Counted from the first letter of the stretch, positions 44,907 to 53,854 are shown. The stretch is 64,000 nucleotides of DNA from Thermoplasmata archaeon (GCA_041554135.1 JBFFML010000008.1:1119-65118); one strand, 5' to 3'. The notes: generated by a model from the letters alone, not told the origin. Made by a program: numbers and translations.

Positions 44907-45802
44907 GTGTCGTCATCGTCGGTGCAGGACCGGCGGGGGCGGCGTCAGCGATATTCCTCGCGCGGGCGGGTCTCGAGCCGCTGCTGCTGGAGGAGCGGCT
45001 CCCAGGCGGATTGTTGCGCGAGGCGAACCTGGTGGAGAACTACCCCGGCTTCCCGGAAGGCGTCGCCGGCAAGGACCTCGCGCTCCTCATAGGCGCGCAT
45101 CTGGACAGGCTGCGTGTGCGCGTCCAGACAGCCAAGGTCAAACGGGTGAGCGCCGCGGGAGGGTCGTTCGAGATAGAGTCCGCCGGCGGCGACGTGTTCA
45201 CCGCCGACGCGCTCGTGCTGGCGACCGGCACCTCGCCGAAGAGGACGACGATACCTGGCGCCGACGACGTCGAGGACAGACGGCTGTTCTACGGCGTCTC
45301 GTCCCTGGGCAGGGAGAGGGTCGCAGGGAGCCGCGTGCTGATACTCGGGGGCGGGGACGCGGCCTTCGACTACGCCATCAACCTGGCCGGCAAGGGCGGC
45401 CGCATCACCATAGCCTCGAGGTCGCCCCCGCGCTGCCTCCCGTTGTTGATGGAGCGTGCCCGGGAGCGGAACGTGGGCGTGGTGACTGGCTGCGACGCTG
45501 TGGCGTTCGACGAGCGGGAGGACGGTTTCGCCGTGGCATTGGAGTGCGACGCCGGGCCGAGGGAGATCATCTGCGACCTGGTCGTGGTGGCCCACGGGAG
45601 GGAGCCGTGCCTCGACATACTGAGCCCCGAACTCAGGGAGCGGATCGACTTTCAGAAACCCCCGGAGACCGGTGTCCCCGGCCTGTTCATGGCGGGCGAT
45701 GTCGTCCGGGGCATCAACAGACAGGCCGCGATCGCGGCGGGAGACGGTGTGCTCGCTGGCATGCTGGTACAGAGATACCTGGACGATGGAGGCGAGGGCT
45801 GA
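44903..45802 (+). CDS. FAD-dependent pyridine-nucleotide oxidoreductase (thioredoxin-reductase-like fold, no CxxC)
   Basis: GTG 44903 overlaps the upstream stop (GTGA). Motifs: VVIVGAGPAGAASAIFLA, VLILGGGDAAFDYAINLA and GLFMAGDVV. No redox-active CxxC motif is visible. Confidence 0.75.
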   Translation: MSVVIVGAGPAGAASAIFLARAGLEPLLLEERLPGGLLREANLVENYPGFPEGVAGKDLALLIGAHLDRLRVRVQTAKVKRVSAAGGSFEIESAGGDVFTADALVLATGTSPKRTTIPGADDVEDRRLFYGVSSLGRERVAGSRVLILGGGDAAFDYAINLAGKGGRITIASRSPPRCLPLLMERARERNVGVVTGCDAVAFDEREDGFAVALECDAGPREIICDLVVVAHGREPCLDILSPELRERIDFQKPPETGVPGLFMAGDVVRGINRQAAIAAGDGVLAGMLVQRYLDDGGEG

Positions 45803-46845
45803 TGAGGGTGGTGGCGGAGTACGGCCGCGACGATCTGGCGAAGGTGTATGTCGCCGACATGAGGGAGTCCGGAGCGGACGGTCCGGGCAGAGGGAGGCAC
45901 ATGGTGGAGTTCGTCGAGTCGCTCCAGCCGCCTAACACGCGCGAGCAGAAATGGGTCCTGATAGTGTCGTCGATGTTCGGATGCCCCGTCAAATGCAAGA
46001 TGTGCGACGCCGGCGGCGACTACTCGGGCAGGATGACGGCGGACGAGATCCTGTATCAGATAGACCACGTCGTCAGGCGGAGATATCCCGACGGGAGGAT
46101 ACCGAGCGAGAAGTTCAAGGTGCAGTTCGCCAGGATGGGCGAGCCGACGTTGAATCCGGCGGTCCTGGAGGCCCTGCGGCGTCTCCCAGAGGCGTTCGAC
46201 GCGCCCGGGCTCTACGCCTCGCTCTCGACGGTCGCCCCGAGCGGTGGAGGCGCCCGCGAGTTCCTAGAGGAGCTGATTGGCGTCAAGGACGACTGCTACT
46301 CCGGGGGCAGGTTCCAGCTGCAGTTCTCTATACACACGACGGACGAACGGAAGCGCGACGAGCTGATACCGATCAAGAAACTGTCCCTGAAGGAGATCGC
46401 GGCGTATTCCGAGCGTTTCGCCGACGTCGACGCCGGGGACAAGAAGGTCACGCTGAACTTCGCCCCCGCGGAGGGGTATCCGATAGACGTCGGCGTGATA
46501 AGGGGGCTGTTCGACCCCTCAAAGGCAATCATCAAGCTCACGCCCCTGAACCCCACGGTGAGGTCCAGGGAGGAATCGCTGAGGTCCGTCATCGACCCGC
46601 ACATGGACGACCCCTCCAAGGGACTGGTCGACCGGTTCCGGAGGAGCGGGTACGATGTCATCCTCAGCATAGGCGAGCTCGAGGAGAACAGGATCGGCAG
46701 CAACTGCGGGCAGTTCATCCAGCGGGCGCTCGGCGCCGGGGAGAGGCCGAGGGAGAGCTACGAGCTGGACCGCTACTGCGTGGGCACGGGCCATGGCGGC
46801 GAAGCTGACCGAGTCTATCCATCGGATTCGAAAAAGCGTGATTAA
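45802..46845 (+). CDS. Radical SAM protein (RlmN/Cfr-like layout)
   Basis: ATG 45802 overlaps the upstream stop by 1 nt (TGATG). Motifs: VSSMFGCPVKCKMCDAGG (CxxxCxxC), FARMGEPTLN, LQFSIHT and IKLTPLNP. Confidence 0.8.
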   Translation: MRVVAEYGRDDLAKVYVADMRESGADGPGRGRHMVEFVESLQPPNTREQKWVLIVSSMFGCPVKCKMCDAGGDYSGRMTADEILYQIDHVVRRRYPDGRIPSEKFKVQFARMGEPTLNPAVLEALRRLPEAFDAPGLYASLSTVAPSGGGAREFLEELIGVKDDCYSGGRFQLQFSIHTTDERKRDELIPIKKLSLKEIAAYSERFADVDAGDKKVTLNFAPAEGYPIDVGVIRGLFDPSKAIIKLTPLNPTVRSREESLRSVIDPHMDDPSKGLVDRFRRSGYDVILSIGELEENRIGSNCGQFIQRALGAGERPRESYELDRYCVGTGHGGEADRVYPSDSKKRD

Positions 46846-46901
46846 GTGGTTTGCGAGTCTCTACGAATTGAACGAATAATTCACGGTAATGAACTGAACG
46901 A

Positions 46902-47087
46902 TCAGAACGCATCTCTTCGTGGGGGCCTGTGCTTCTGGAAGCAATTCTGGCAGTAGACTGGTCTTCCCTCGGTCGGCTTGAAGGGGACCTCCGAATCGGA
47001 TCCGCAGTCGGAGCACTTTATCTTGTGCATCTCCCTTGGACCAGAGTCGTATCTACGGCGGTCGCTTCCGTACGTGCCGTAACTCAT
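46902..47087 (-). CDS. CxxC-x17-CxxC zinc-finger small protein (61 aa)
   Basis: ATG 47087 has AGGAG 8 nt upstream. Zinc finger: KCSDCGSDSEVPFKPTEGRPVYCQNCF. Confidence 0.6.
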   Translation of the reverse strand: MSYGTYGSDRRRYDSGPREMHKIKCSDCGSDSEVPFKPTEGRPVYCQNCFQKHRPPRRDAF

Positions 47088-47256
47088 TGGTTTTTCTCCT
47101 TTGTTGCTAGAGCACCGATTGTACTCTTCGCAAGCCAGCCTAACCAGTACTACTATTAGTAATGATGCATGCCACACGGGCGGATGACCCCGTCTGGGAG
47201 TCGCATCTCTCGCCGACGCCTCACGCCAGGGAGGCGCTGCACCGCACGGGAACGCG

Positions 47257-48378
47257 TCACCGTCCGGTCCATACCGGGGCGGTCCACGCGGTCGCTCCGG
47301 GCACATCCCCTCCCAGGGGCGATACGGTCGTCACGCGGACGTAGAAGTACCGCGCGTCCTCGGACTCGAGTTCCACGGTCACCTCCCACGCGTCGCCGTT
47401 CGTCGGTATGCTGGCGACGACCTCGCCGCCGTCCGAGACTATCTCGATCAGCGTGATCTCGTCACCCATGCCGTCCGGGTCGGAGACCTTTATCCAGGCG
47501 GTGTACGCCCCGTCGGCGGCGGACAGGTCCGAGCCCATGACCGCGCCGTCGAGCGTGTACTCGATGCGGAGGTTGCTGTCCAGCGTCGCGTAGCCTCGGG
47601 AGGAACTCATGGCGTCGTAGAGGTCCTCCGCCGTCAGGCTCGACGCGAGCAGCACGGTCCTCATCTCGTGACCGGCGATCCAGTCGGAGTAGTGTGTGTC
47701 CGAGTTCGCGGAGGGCATCACGTGCCAGCCGGCGTCCAACGCCTTGATGAAGCTGGGCTCGTAGAACTCCTCGTTGAACGTCTCGAGGATGGTCATGCCT
47801 ATGTCTCTGTCTTCGTTGTAGTAGCTGTAGTCCATGAAGTCCTCGCTGACGTAGAGCGGGTGGTTGAACTGTCCTATCGCTCCCGGCTGCTGCGAGAGCC
47901 AATCATAGAAGTTGGGGAGCCTGTCGAAGCGATACTCCAACGGCGCCCTCGGGGGCAGCTCGCCTATGTTGTAGACGTTGATCTCCCCGCAGTTGGCCAG
48001 AAGCCACGCCTCGTATCCCGCCATGGCCACGAAGCTCTCGTCCGTGTAGAACGCCGCCGCGTCCAGCGTGTCGTACCACTCGGTCTCGTTCATCACGTAG
48101 GTCTTGTAGGCGTTCCAGATGCCGATGTGGTCCGTCACGGCCATGAAGTCCGCGCCCGCGCTCTTGCCGGCCGCGTAGGCGTCCCAAGGTGTGCTGTCCG
48201 CGTCATAAGCGTCGGAGTAGCCCGTATGGGTGTGCAGGTCGCCGAAGTACAGGTTATACGTCGGGGTCGTCTCTGCCGGGGCGTTCCTCGCCGAAGATAC
48301 TTGGCCTGTCAAGAACGGACAGACCATGACGATCACAAGCAGTGGACACAGAGTTCGCAAGATGCCCTTTGATATCAT
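47257..48378 (-). CDS. Secreted PHP-domain (CehA/McbA-like) metallohydrolase
   Basis: Start at ATG 48378 (MISKGILRTLCPLLVIVMV, signal-like). Motifs: YFGDLHTHTGYSDA and ADFMAVTDHIG. The C-terminus is a beta-sandwich-like domain. Confidence 0.7.
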   Translation of the reverse strand: MISKGILRTLCPLLVIVMVCPFLTGQVSSARNAPAETTPTYNLYFGDLHTHTGYSDAYDADSTPWDAYAAGKSAGADFMAVTDHIGIWNAYKTYVMNETEWYDTLDAAAFYTDESFVAMAGYEAWLLANCGEINVYNIGELPPRAPLEYRFDRLPNFYDWLSQQPGAIGQFNHPLYVSEDFMDYSYYNEDRDIGMTILETFNEEFYEPSFIKALDAGWHVMPSANSDTHYSDWIAGHEMRTVLLASSLTAEDLYDAMSSSRGYATLDSNLRIEYTLDGAVMGSDLSAADGAYTAWIKVSDPDGMGDEITLIEIVSDGGEVVASIPTNGDAWEVTVELESEDARYFYVRVTTVSPLGGDVPGATAWTAPVWTGR

Positions 48379-48577
48379 AGACTCGTCTACCTCCCCCTGA
48401 AGCTGGCCCGGTATGTCGGTCAAGCTATTTCAATGGTCGACTTGACCGGGGTAGTCAGTAGCGTCCCGATGCACTGTTTTGTCCATGCGCCTGGACTTTG
48501 ACCGCGGGACGGATTCCGATAGACCGGGGCGTTATCAATGATGATAAGGTCTCATATCGCCTCTTCATCGGGGCGCG

Positions 48578-49297
48578 TCACGGCTTGAACATGACGAACC
48601 CTCTGTAGTGCAGTCCGTGCTCGACGAACTCGGGCCAATCCCACTTGCCCGACTTGACGAGGGCTTTGACCTGCTGCGTGAGGTCCAGCTGCTGCGATAT
48701 GAACAGCCGCGACGACAGCGCGAGCGTCGAGAACTCGGCGACGGTGATCGCGCCCCCGACGCACGCCTCCCAAGGCTCGCCCTCGACCTTCCTCCTCGTG
48801 CGGAAAGCGTCCGATAGGATGATCTTGGCCCCGCGCTTCGCGATGCGGGCCATCTCCCTCATGCCCGCGTCCTTGTCCGGGAGCAGGTTGAAGCTCGCTT
48901 GGCTCAGGATGACGTCCGCGGACATGTCGGCCAACGGCAGCCGCTCGAGGTCGCCCATCACGGGCTCGAACCGGGTGTTCGCGAACCTCTCGCCGCGGGA
49001 TATCTCCTTGGATATCCGCAGCCCGTGAGAGGAGAAGTCCACGCCGACGAGCGTCTCCGGGGCGCTGAGCTCCGCCGCCCTGAACGCCAAGCTTCCGGTC
49101 CCGACGCCCAGGTCGACGACCGTCTTCCCGGAGAATGGCGTTATCATGCGCAGGAGCGGGTCCGCGATCGCCGCGAGATGCTTCCTCCGCTCGGCCGATA
49201 CGCGGTCGTCGAACAGTATCCACTGCGCGTCATACTTCGCCCTGGTCCCGGCCTTCACGTCCGTCTCGCATGTGCAGCATCTGGGTTTGTCAGCCAT
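48578..49297 (-). CDS. Class I SAM-dependent methyltransferase
   Basis: Start at ATG 49297 (MADKPRCCTCE). SAM motif I: VVDLGVGTGSLAF. Post-I motif: LVGVDFS. Confidence 0.75.
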   Translation of the reverse strand: MADKPRCCTCETDVKAGTRAKYDAQWILFDDRVSAERRKHLAAIADPLLRMITPFSGKTVVDLGVGTGSLAFRAAELSAPETLVGVDFSSHGLRISKEISRGERFANTRFEPVMGDLERLPLADMSADVILSQASFNLLPDKDAGMREMARIAKRGAKIILSDAFRTRRKVEGEPWEACVGGAITVAEFSTLALSSRLFISQQLDLTQQVKALVKSGKWDWPEFVEHGLHYRGFVMFKP

Positions 49298-49436
49298 AGG
49301 CTCCGGATCCCCTTCGCGCGCGCATCTCGGCCGAAGGTATCGCATCGCCTCGTTAAAGCTTTGGTTTTTATACGGCGCACAGATTGTCGTTCGTTGTCGC
49401 TTCTAGAGCGCACGGCGACGGTTCGGAGATGATGTG

Positions 49437-50513
49437 ATGGAGGACCTGAGGAAGCTGATCGCGACATCGCTATACATCCAAGGCAGGGGGGCGATAGCCC
49501 TCCTAGGAGAGCATGTCCGCCCGCTCGGGAGCAGAGCGTTCATCATAGGCGGCAGGACGGCGCTGTCCATCACGGAGGAGAGGATACGCGCGTCGCTCGA
49601 GGCGAGCGGCGTCGATGTCGTGGCGCTCGACGACACGGTGAAGGACTGCACACACGCCACGATCGACAGGCTCGTCGAGAAGGGCGGGGAAGCGCGACCG
49701 GACATCGTCATAGGGGTCGGCGGAGGCCGAGCGGTCGACACGGCCAAAGCGGTCGCGTGGAAGCTGTCCGTGCGGGCCGTCTCCGTGGGGACTCAATGCG
49801 CGACGAACGCGGACGGAAGCGCGGAGTTCGTCGCGTACACCGACGACCACGAGTTCCTCGAGTCCGTCGTGCTACCCGACAACCCAGCACTGGTGATCGT
49901 CGACACGGACATCATCGCCTCCGCTCCCGTCAAGTACATCGTCTGGGGCATGGGCGACGCTCTCTCGACCAAGTTCGAGGCGGAGGCGTACGCGGAGGCC
50001 GTTAGGAGACGCGGTGGCGTCCCGCCCACGAGGACCGCGCTCGCCCTCGCGGACGCCACGTTCGGATCGCTGATGACGCACGGGCTGAGAGCCGTCGAGG
50101 ACTTGAGACAGGGAGTCCACTCGGACGCGGTCGACGAGGTCATCGAGGCGGTGAAGCTGTCGTCCGCGGTCGCGTTCGAGAACACGAACTGCGCTTTGGC
50201 CCACGCGATACACAACGGGCTCACGCGGACCGGGACCGTGAGGAGGGAGCACGGCGAGATTGTGGCGTACGGGACGATCGTCCAGGTGGCGTACGAGGGA
50301 AGACCCGACGAGGAGGTGCGGAGGATCGTCGACTGGTGCGAGAGCGTCGGTCTGCCGACGAGACTTGCGGACATCGGCGACCACGACGAGGATGCGCTGT
50401 CGAAAGCGATAGGATACGCGTGCGCCGTCGACGCCAACGCGGAGAGCATGCCCGAGAGACCAGACCCGGACAGGGTGATGGAGACCATCGAGCGGATCGA
50501 AAGCGGGTTCTGA
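49437..50513 (+). CDS. Iron-containing alcohol dehydrogenase family, glycerol dehydrogenase (GldA)-like
   Basis: Motifs: GVGGGRAVDTAKAVA, VGTQCATNADGSAEFVAYTDDHEF and IVWGMGDALSTKFEAEA. The start is ATG 49437 (GGAG upstream) or GTG 49434. Confidence 0.8.
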   Translation: MEDLRKLIATSLYIQGRGAIALLGEHVRPLGSRAFIIGGRTALSITEERIRASLEASGVDVVALDDTVKDCTHATIDRLVEKGGEARPDIVIGVGGGRAVDTAKAVAWKLSVRAVSVGTQCATNADGSAEFVAYTDDHEFLESVVLPDNPALVIVDTDIIASAPVKYIVWGMGDALSTKFEAEAYAEAVRRRGGVPPTRTALALADATFGSLMTHGLRAVEDLRQGVHSDAVDEVIEAVKLSSAVAFENTNCALAHAIHNGLTRTGTVRREHGEIVAYGTIVQVAYEGRPDEEVRRIVDWCESVGLPTRLADIGDHDEDALSKAIGYACAVDANAESMPERPDPDRVMETIERIESGF

Positions 50514-50517
50514 CCGT

Positions 50518-51186
50518 CTACGCGGCGGACGCGTCCGCGTGCCAGAAAGGCAGTCGCATCGCGACTATCCTGTGCCGGGCGATCAGCGTCGCGGCGCTCA
50601 TGACGCCTGCCACATCGAACAGGATGTCCCCTACCGTGTCGACGCCGGAATGGAAGTTCGTCCAGCCGAAAGCGGCGTCGGTGAAGAACTCCAACAGCTC
50701 GAACGTCACGGAGGCCACGAGCATGCCGATGACCGCCACGTAGAAACACGCCCTCGATGCTGCGGCGGGACCGTTGACCACCCTTGTCCAGTAGAGCATC
50801 GACCACAGCACGACCGTGAGCGTGAGCGCGCCGAGGTAATGGGCGGTGAGGTCGTACCAAGAGAGGTCGGAGACCGAGTAGCCGAAGTACTGTGGGAGGC
50901 CCGCCGCGATCACGGCGGTCACGGAGACCAGGAATATCGCCGCGCCGGTGATGACCGCCTTCCGCTTGACCTCTATCACCGCCAATGGCGCCACCATGCA
51001 GAGCGAGAACGCGTATGTCCAGCTCGACCATGTCCACCCGCCGAGGTGCATCGACAGCATGAACAGCAGACCTAGTATCGCGAACAACGAAAGTGACGCG
51101 AACGGGAGGCCTTCGAGGGCGGGGCGCGACCGACGCCCGTCATCGACGCGCCCTTCCGACGCGTGACGCGCCTGCCGCTCCGCCAT
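50518..51186 (-). CDS. Hypothetical integral membrane protein
   Basis: This is the C-terminal 222 aa of track ORF 50518..52035, starting at ATG 51186 (MAERQARH). It has about 6 hydrophobic helices and the motif DTVGDILFDVAG. The upstream part of the track ORF overlaps the MttB-like gene and looks like off-frame sequence. Confidence 0.5.
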   Translation of the reverse strand: MAERQARHASEGRVDDGRRSRPALEGLPFASLSLFAILGLLFMLSMHLGGWTWSSWTYAFSLCMVAPLAVIEVKRKAVITGAAIFLVSVTAVIAAGLPQYFGYSVSDLSWYDLTAHYLGALTLTVVLWSMLYWTRVVNGPAAASRACFYVAVIGMLVASVTFELLEFFTDAAFGWTNFHSGVDTVGDILFDVAGVMSAATLIARHRIVAMRLPFWHADASAA

Positions 51187-51311
51187 CGTCCTGTTGAACC
51201 TTACGATGTATGGCTCCGTCCCGGTCGTCCTGGGATCCCCTCTGACAGTCATCCTCGGAGGACGAACGCTGTATTGCGATAACTGTGTTTTGGAGCCACG
51301 CCGTCCCTGCG

Positions 51312-52745
51312 CTACGTCCTGAGCTCCTTCTCGTAGTCCGCTATGAGCTCGTCGCCCTTGCGAAGCGTCTCGGCATCGACCGACGGCACCTCGTGCTCCT
51401 CGAGGACGCGACGGACGAACTCCCTCACCTCGGGTATCATGCTGTCGGACTGCGTCGCCTGCCACTTCTGCTTCGCGGGGTCGCGGAACACGAGCTCCTT
51501 CCTGAAGTTGCGAGCCGTGTGCAGGTGGCTGAGGAACGAGTTGCCGTGTCCGACCTCCTCGACGACATTGAGCGCGGCGGTCTCCTCCGTGACCTCGTAG
51601 GCTTTCATCACCGCGCGCACGTCCTCCCACAAGTACGCGTCGATCACTATCTGCTCGAGCGACGCGCCCTTGGCGGAGTCGATGCTGCCCGCGCCGGATA
51701 TCATGTCGGAGCCGACCAGCGGGCTCACGAGGCTCGAGAACGCCTCGCTGAACGACAGCAGCAGCCCCGGGCTCTTCGTCTCCACGCCCCAGCTCGCGAC
51801 CATCGTCGGCAGGCCGTACCTCGCGGCCATCTGCGACGCGCCGGCGCATATGACGGGGAACGACAGCGAAGCGTAGTCCATGACGCCCGTCTTCATGTCT
51901 ATCGGCGCAGACTCTGAGCTGTATATGAACGGCGCGCCCGCGGCGGACGTCTGCGATATGACGAGGCTCGCGAGGTTCTCCGTGTTGATGTTGACGATCG
52001 TGCCGCCTATCGTCACGGGCGCGGACATGCCGCACAGCGACATGGACATCGCGACGACGGGTATGCCCGCCTTGGCGAACTCCACCTGCGCGTCGACCGG
52101 TCCCCTGTCGAACGACAGAGGGGCGATCGGGCAGCTGATGACGGAGAACAGCGGGCGTTTCCGCAGCTCCTCCTCCCCGCCCGCGACGAGCGCCGCGAGC
52201 TCTATCTGCCTGCGCGCGTCCCTGCCGTCCCTCGCGGCCGGTATGACCTGCACATGCTTCCCGCAGTTCTTCAGCGCGGTCCAGAGCGACCGTATCGCCA
52301 GCGTCTCCTGGTTCACATCCCCCGCCGTCACGGTCGTCCAGCAGACGTCGATGGCGTCCATCGCGTCCGCGAGCTTCGAGAAGTTGGCGAGGTCCGCGTC
52401 CGTGGACGGCCTCTTCTCGCCAGTCTCGATGTCGATCGTGTACACCGCGAGGCCCGTCGTGGCGAGCAGCGGGTACGTGTCGACAGGGAGCTTCTTGTCG
52501 TGCTTCGGGTCGCGCGCCCCGAGGACGATGCTCTTCGGCGCGCTCTTGACGGCGGCGTTGACCATGTCCTCCGATATCCTCGCGATGCCCTTGTCGTGGT
52601 CGACCGCGGCGCCGGCGTCCTCGAGCATCTTCAAGACCCGGTCGTTCTTGACCTTCACGCCGAGCTTCGCCAGGCTCTTCAGGCTCTGTTCGTGCACAAT
52701 CTCCTCTTCGTCCCTGCTGAGGGATCTAAGCCGTACTGCCGCCAA
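51312..52745 (-). CDS. MttB-superfamily corrinoid-dependent methyltransferase, no in-frame amber codon
   Basis: ORF 51312..52784. Start proposed at TTG 52745 (MAAVRLRSLSRDEEEIVHEQSLKSLAKLGVKV) because GGAGGTG lies 7 nt upstream. The protein is collinear with the other two paralogs (EFAKAGIPVVAMSMSLCGMSAPVT). Confidence 0.85.
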   Translation of the reverse strand: MAAVRLRSLSRDEEEIVHEQSLKSLAKLGVKVKNDRVLKMLEDAGAAVDHDKGIARISEDMVNAAVKSAPKSIVLGARDPKHDKKLPVDTYPLLATTGLAVYTIDIETGEKRPSTDADLANFSKLADAMDAIDVCWTTVTAGDVNQETLAIRSLWTALKNCGKHVQVIPAARDGRDARRQIELAALVAGGEEELRKRPLFSVISCPIAPLSFDRGPVDAQVEFAKAGIPVVAMSMSLCGMSAPVTIGGTIVNINTENLASLVISQTSAAGAPFIYSSESAPIDMKTGVMDYASLSFPVICAGASQMAARYGLPTMVASWGVETKSPGLLLSFSEAFSSLVSPLVGSDMISGAGSIDSAKGASLEQIVIDAYLWEDVRAVMKAYEVTEETAALNVVEEVGHGNSFLSHLHTARNFRKELVFRDPAKQKWQATQSDSMIPEVREFVRRVLEEHEVPSVDAETLRKGDELIADYEKELRT

Positions 52746-53126
52746 TGGAGAACACCTCCAGCCCACACGTCGCTCCCGTTCCAAGGGCCGGTTGGTGCAT
52801 GCATGACATCATTAAAATCGTTTTCCGAAGGCGCTTTATGAGCCTTGCCGTCGGCTTCCGTCAAATATTAAGTACGGACGGAGCATTAGGGCAAACGTCC
52901 CGCGCACGCGCGGGGCGAGCGCGGTCTGCCATTGGGGGAGCGGAGGAGAGTCCTTTGATACACGTCGCACAGCGCCGAAGGGCGAGACGTCCCACGCCTT
53001 CGACGGAGCGTATCTGCCGGACGGACATGGCGTTCGTCCGGCTGTTGCTGCACTCGGGGGCGGGGCTGCAGGTCGGGAACGGCGGCTGACCTCCCACTAT
53101 TTCTCTCTACAAACCTGTTTTTGACG

Positions 53127-53134
53127 ATATAAAG
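53127..53134 (+). promoter_or_regulatory. Candidate TATA box for the corrinoid protein / MttB-like operon
   Basis: cgATATAAAGg lies 55-62 nt upstream of ATG 53189. AGGTGG (53175-53180) sits 8 nt before the ATG, consistent with a short SD-containing leader. Confidence 0.45.
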
Positions 53135-53188
53135 GCGGTTTTTCTCGCCTTTCATCAAGAAGTTGAAGCGCAAAAGGTGGAATGAAAG

Positions 53189-53848
53189 ATGGCCGGAGAT
53201 GCGGAGAAGCAAGCGATATTGGGTGAGCTGGAGAACGCCGTGAAGACCCTCCAGGAGGAGGCCGCCGTCGAGGCCGCGAGCAAGGCCCTCGCCGCGGGCG
53301 TCGACCCCGTCGAGGCGATAGAGGACGGCCTCGCGAAGGGCATACGCGAGGTGGGGGAGAAGTTCGCGCGCAAGGAGATGTTCGTGGTGGAGCTGATCTA
53401 CGCCGCGGAGATCATGGGCGGCGCGATCAAGGTGCTGGAGCCCGAGCTGAAGAAGGCCGCGAGCAAGCGCAACGTGGTCGCGCAGGTCGTGATCGGGACG
53501 GTCGAGGGCGACATACACGACATCGGCAAGAACCTCGTGAGGATCATGCTCGAGGCCGGGGGATTCGAGGTGCACGACGTCGGCAAGGACGCCGCGAACA
53601 GCCTGTTCGTCGACAAGGCGAAGGAGGTCGGCGCTGGCATAGTGGGCGCGTCGTCGCTGATGACGACGACGGTCGGCATGCAGAAGGAAGTCGTCGACGC
53701 GTTGCGCGCCGCGGGCGTCAAAGCCCCTGTGATGGTCGGTGGGGCGGCAGTGACCGAGGAGTGGGCGAGCGAGATAGGCGCGACGTACTCGTCGGACGCT
53801 GGCACGGCGGTCGAGACGGCGAAGGAGCTCGCCGGCAAGGGGGCGTGA
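53189..53848 (+). CDS. Corrinoid (cobalamin-binding) methyl-carrier protein, MtbC/MttC/MtgC-like
   Basis: There is an N-terminal helical cap, then a B12-binding Rossmann domain with the DxHxxG motif (VEGDIHDIGKNLV), SSLMTTT and VMVGGAAV. Confidence 0.9.
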   Translation: MAGDAEKQAILGELENAVKTLQEEAAVEAASKALAAGVDPVEAIEDGLAKGIREVGEKFARKEMFVVELIYAAEIMGGAIKVLEPELKKAASKRNVVAQVVIGTVEGDIHDIGKNLVRIMLEAGGFEVHDVGKDAANSLFVDKAKEVGAGIVGASSLMTTTVGMQKEVVDALRAAGVKAPVMVGGAAVTEEWASEIGATYSSDAGTAVETAKELAGKGA

Positions 53849-53854
53849 GCGCGG

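Noticed and set aside
44903-45802. Thioredoxin reductase
   Set aside because: It has the two-dinucleotide-fold layout but no redox-active CxxC (CATC-type) motif anywhere in the protein.
49437-50513. sn-Glycerol-1-phosphate dehydrogenase (EgsA), the archaeal lipid enzyme
   Set aside because: The motif pattern (GTQCATNADGSAEFVAYTDD, GMGDALSTKFEAEA) fits GldA-type glycerol dehydrogenases better than G1PDH. The question cannot be settled without an alignment or tree.
51187-52035. N-terminal 283 aa of track ORF 50518..52035
   Set aside because: This part overlaps the MttB-like gene in another frame and is Arg/Asp/Gly-rich. Only the part from ATG 51186 onwards looks like a real (membrane) protein.
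52786-53188. Cobalamin riboswitch or tRNA-Pyl in the long intergenic region next to the corrinoid operon
   Set aside because: I could not find a B12-box-like consensus, a cloverleaf, or a CUA-anticodon context by eye. Only generic GC hairpins are present. A covariance-model scan is needed before any RNA-family claim.
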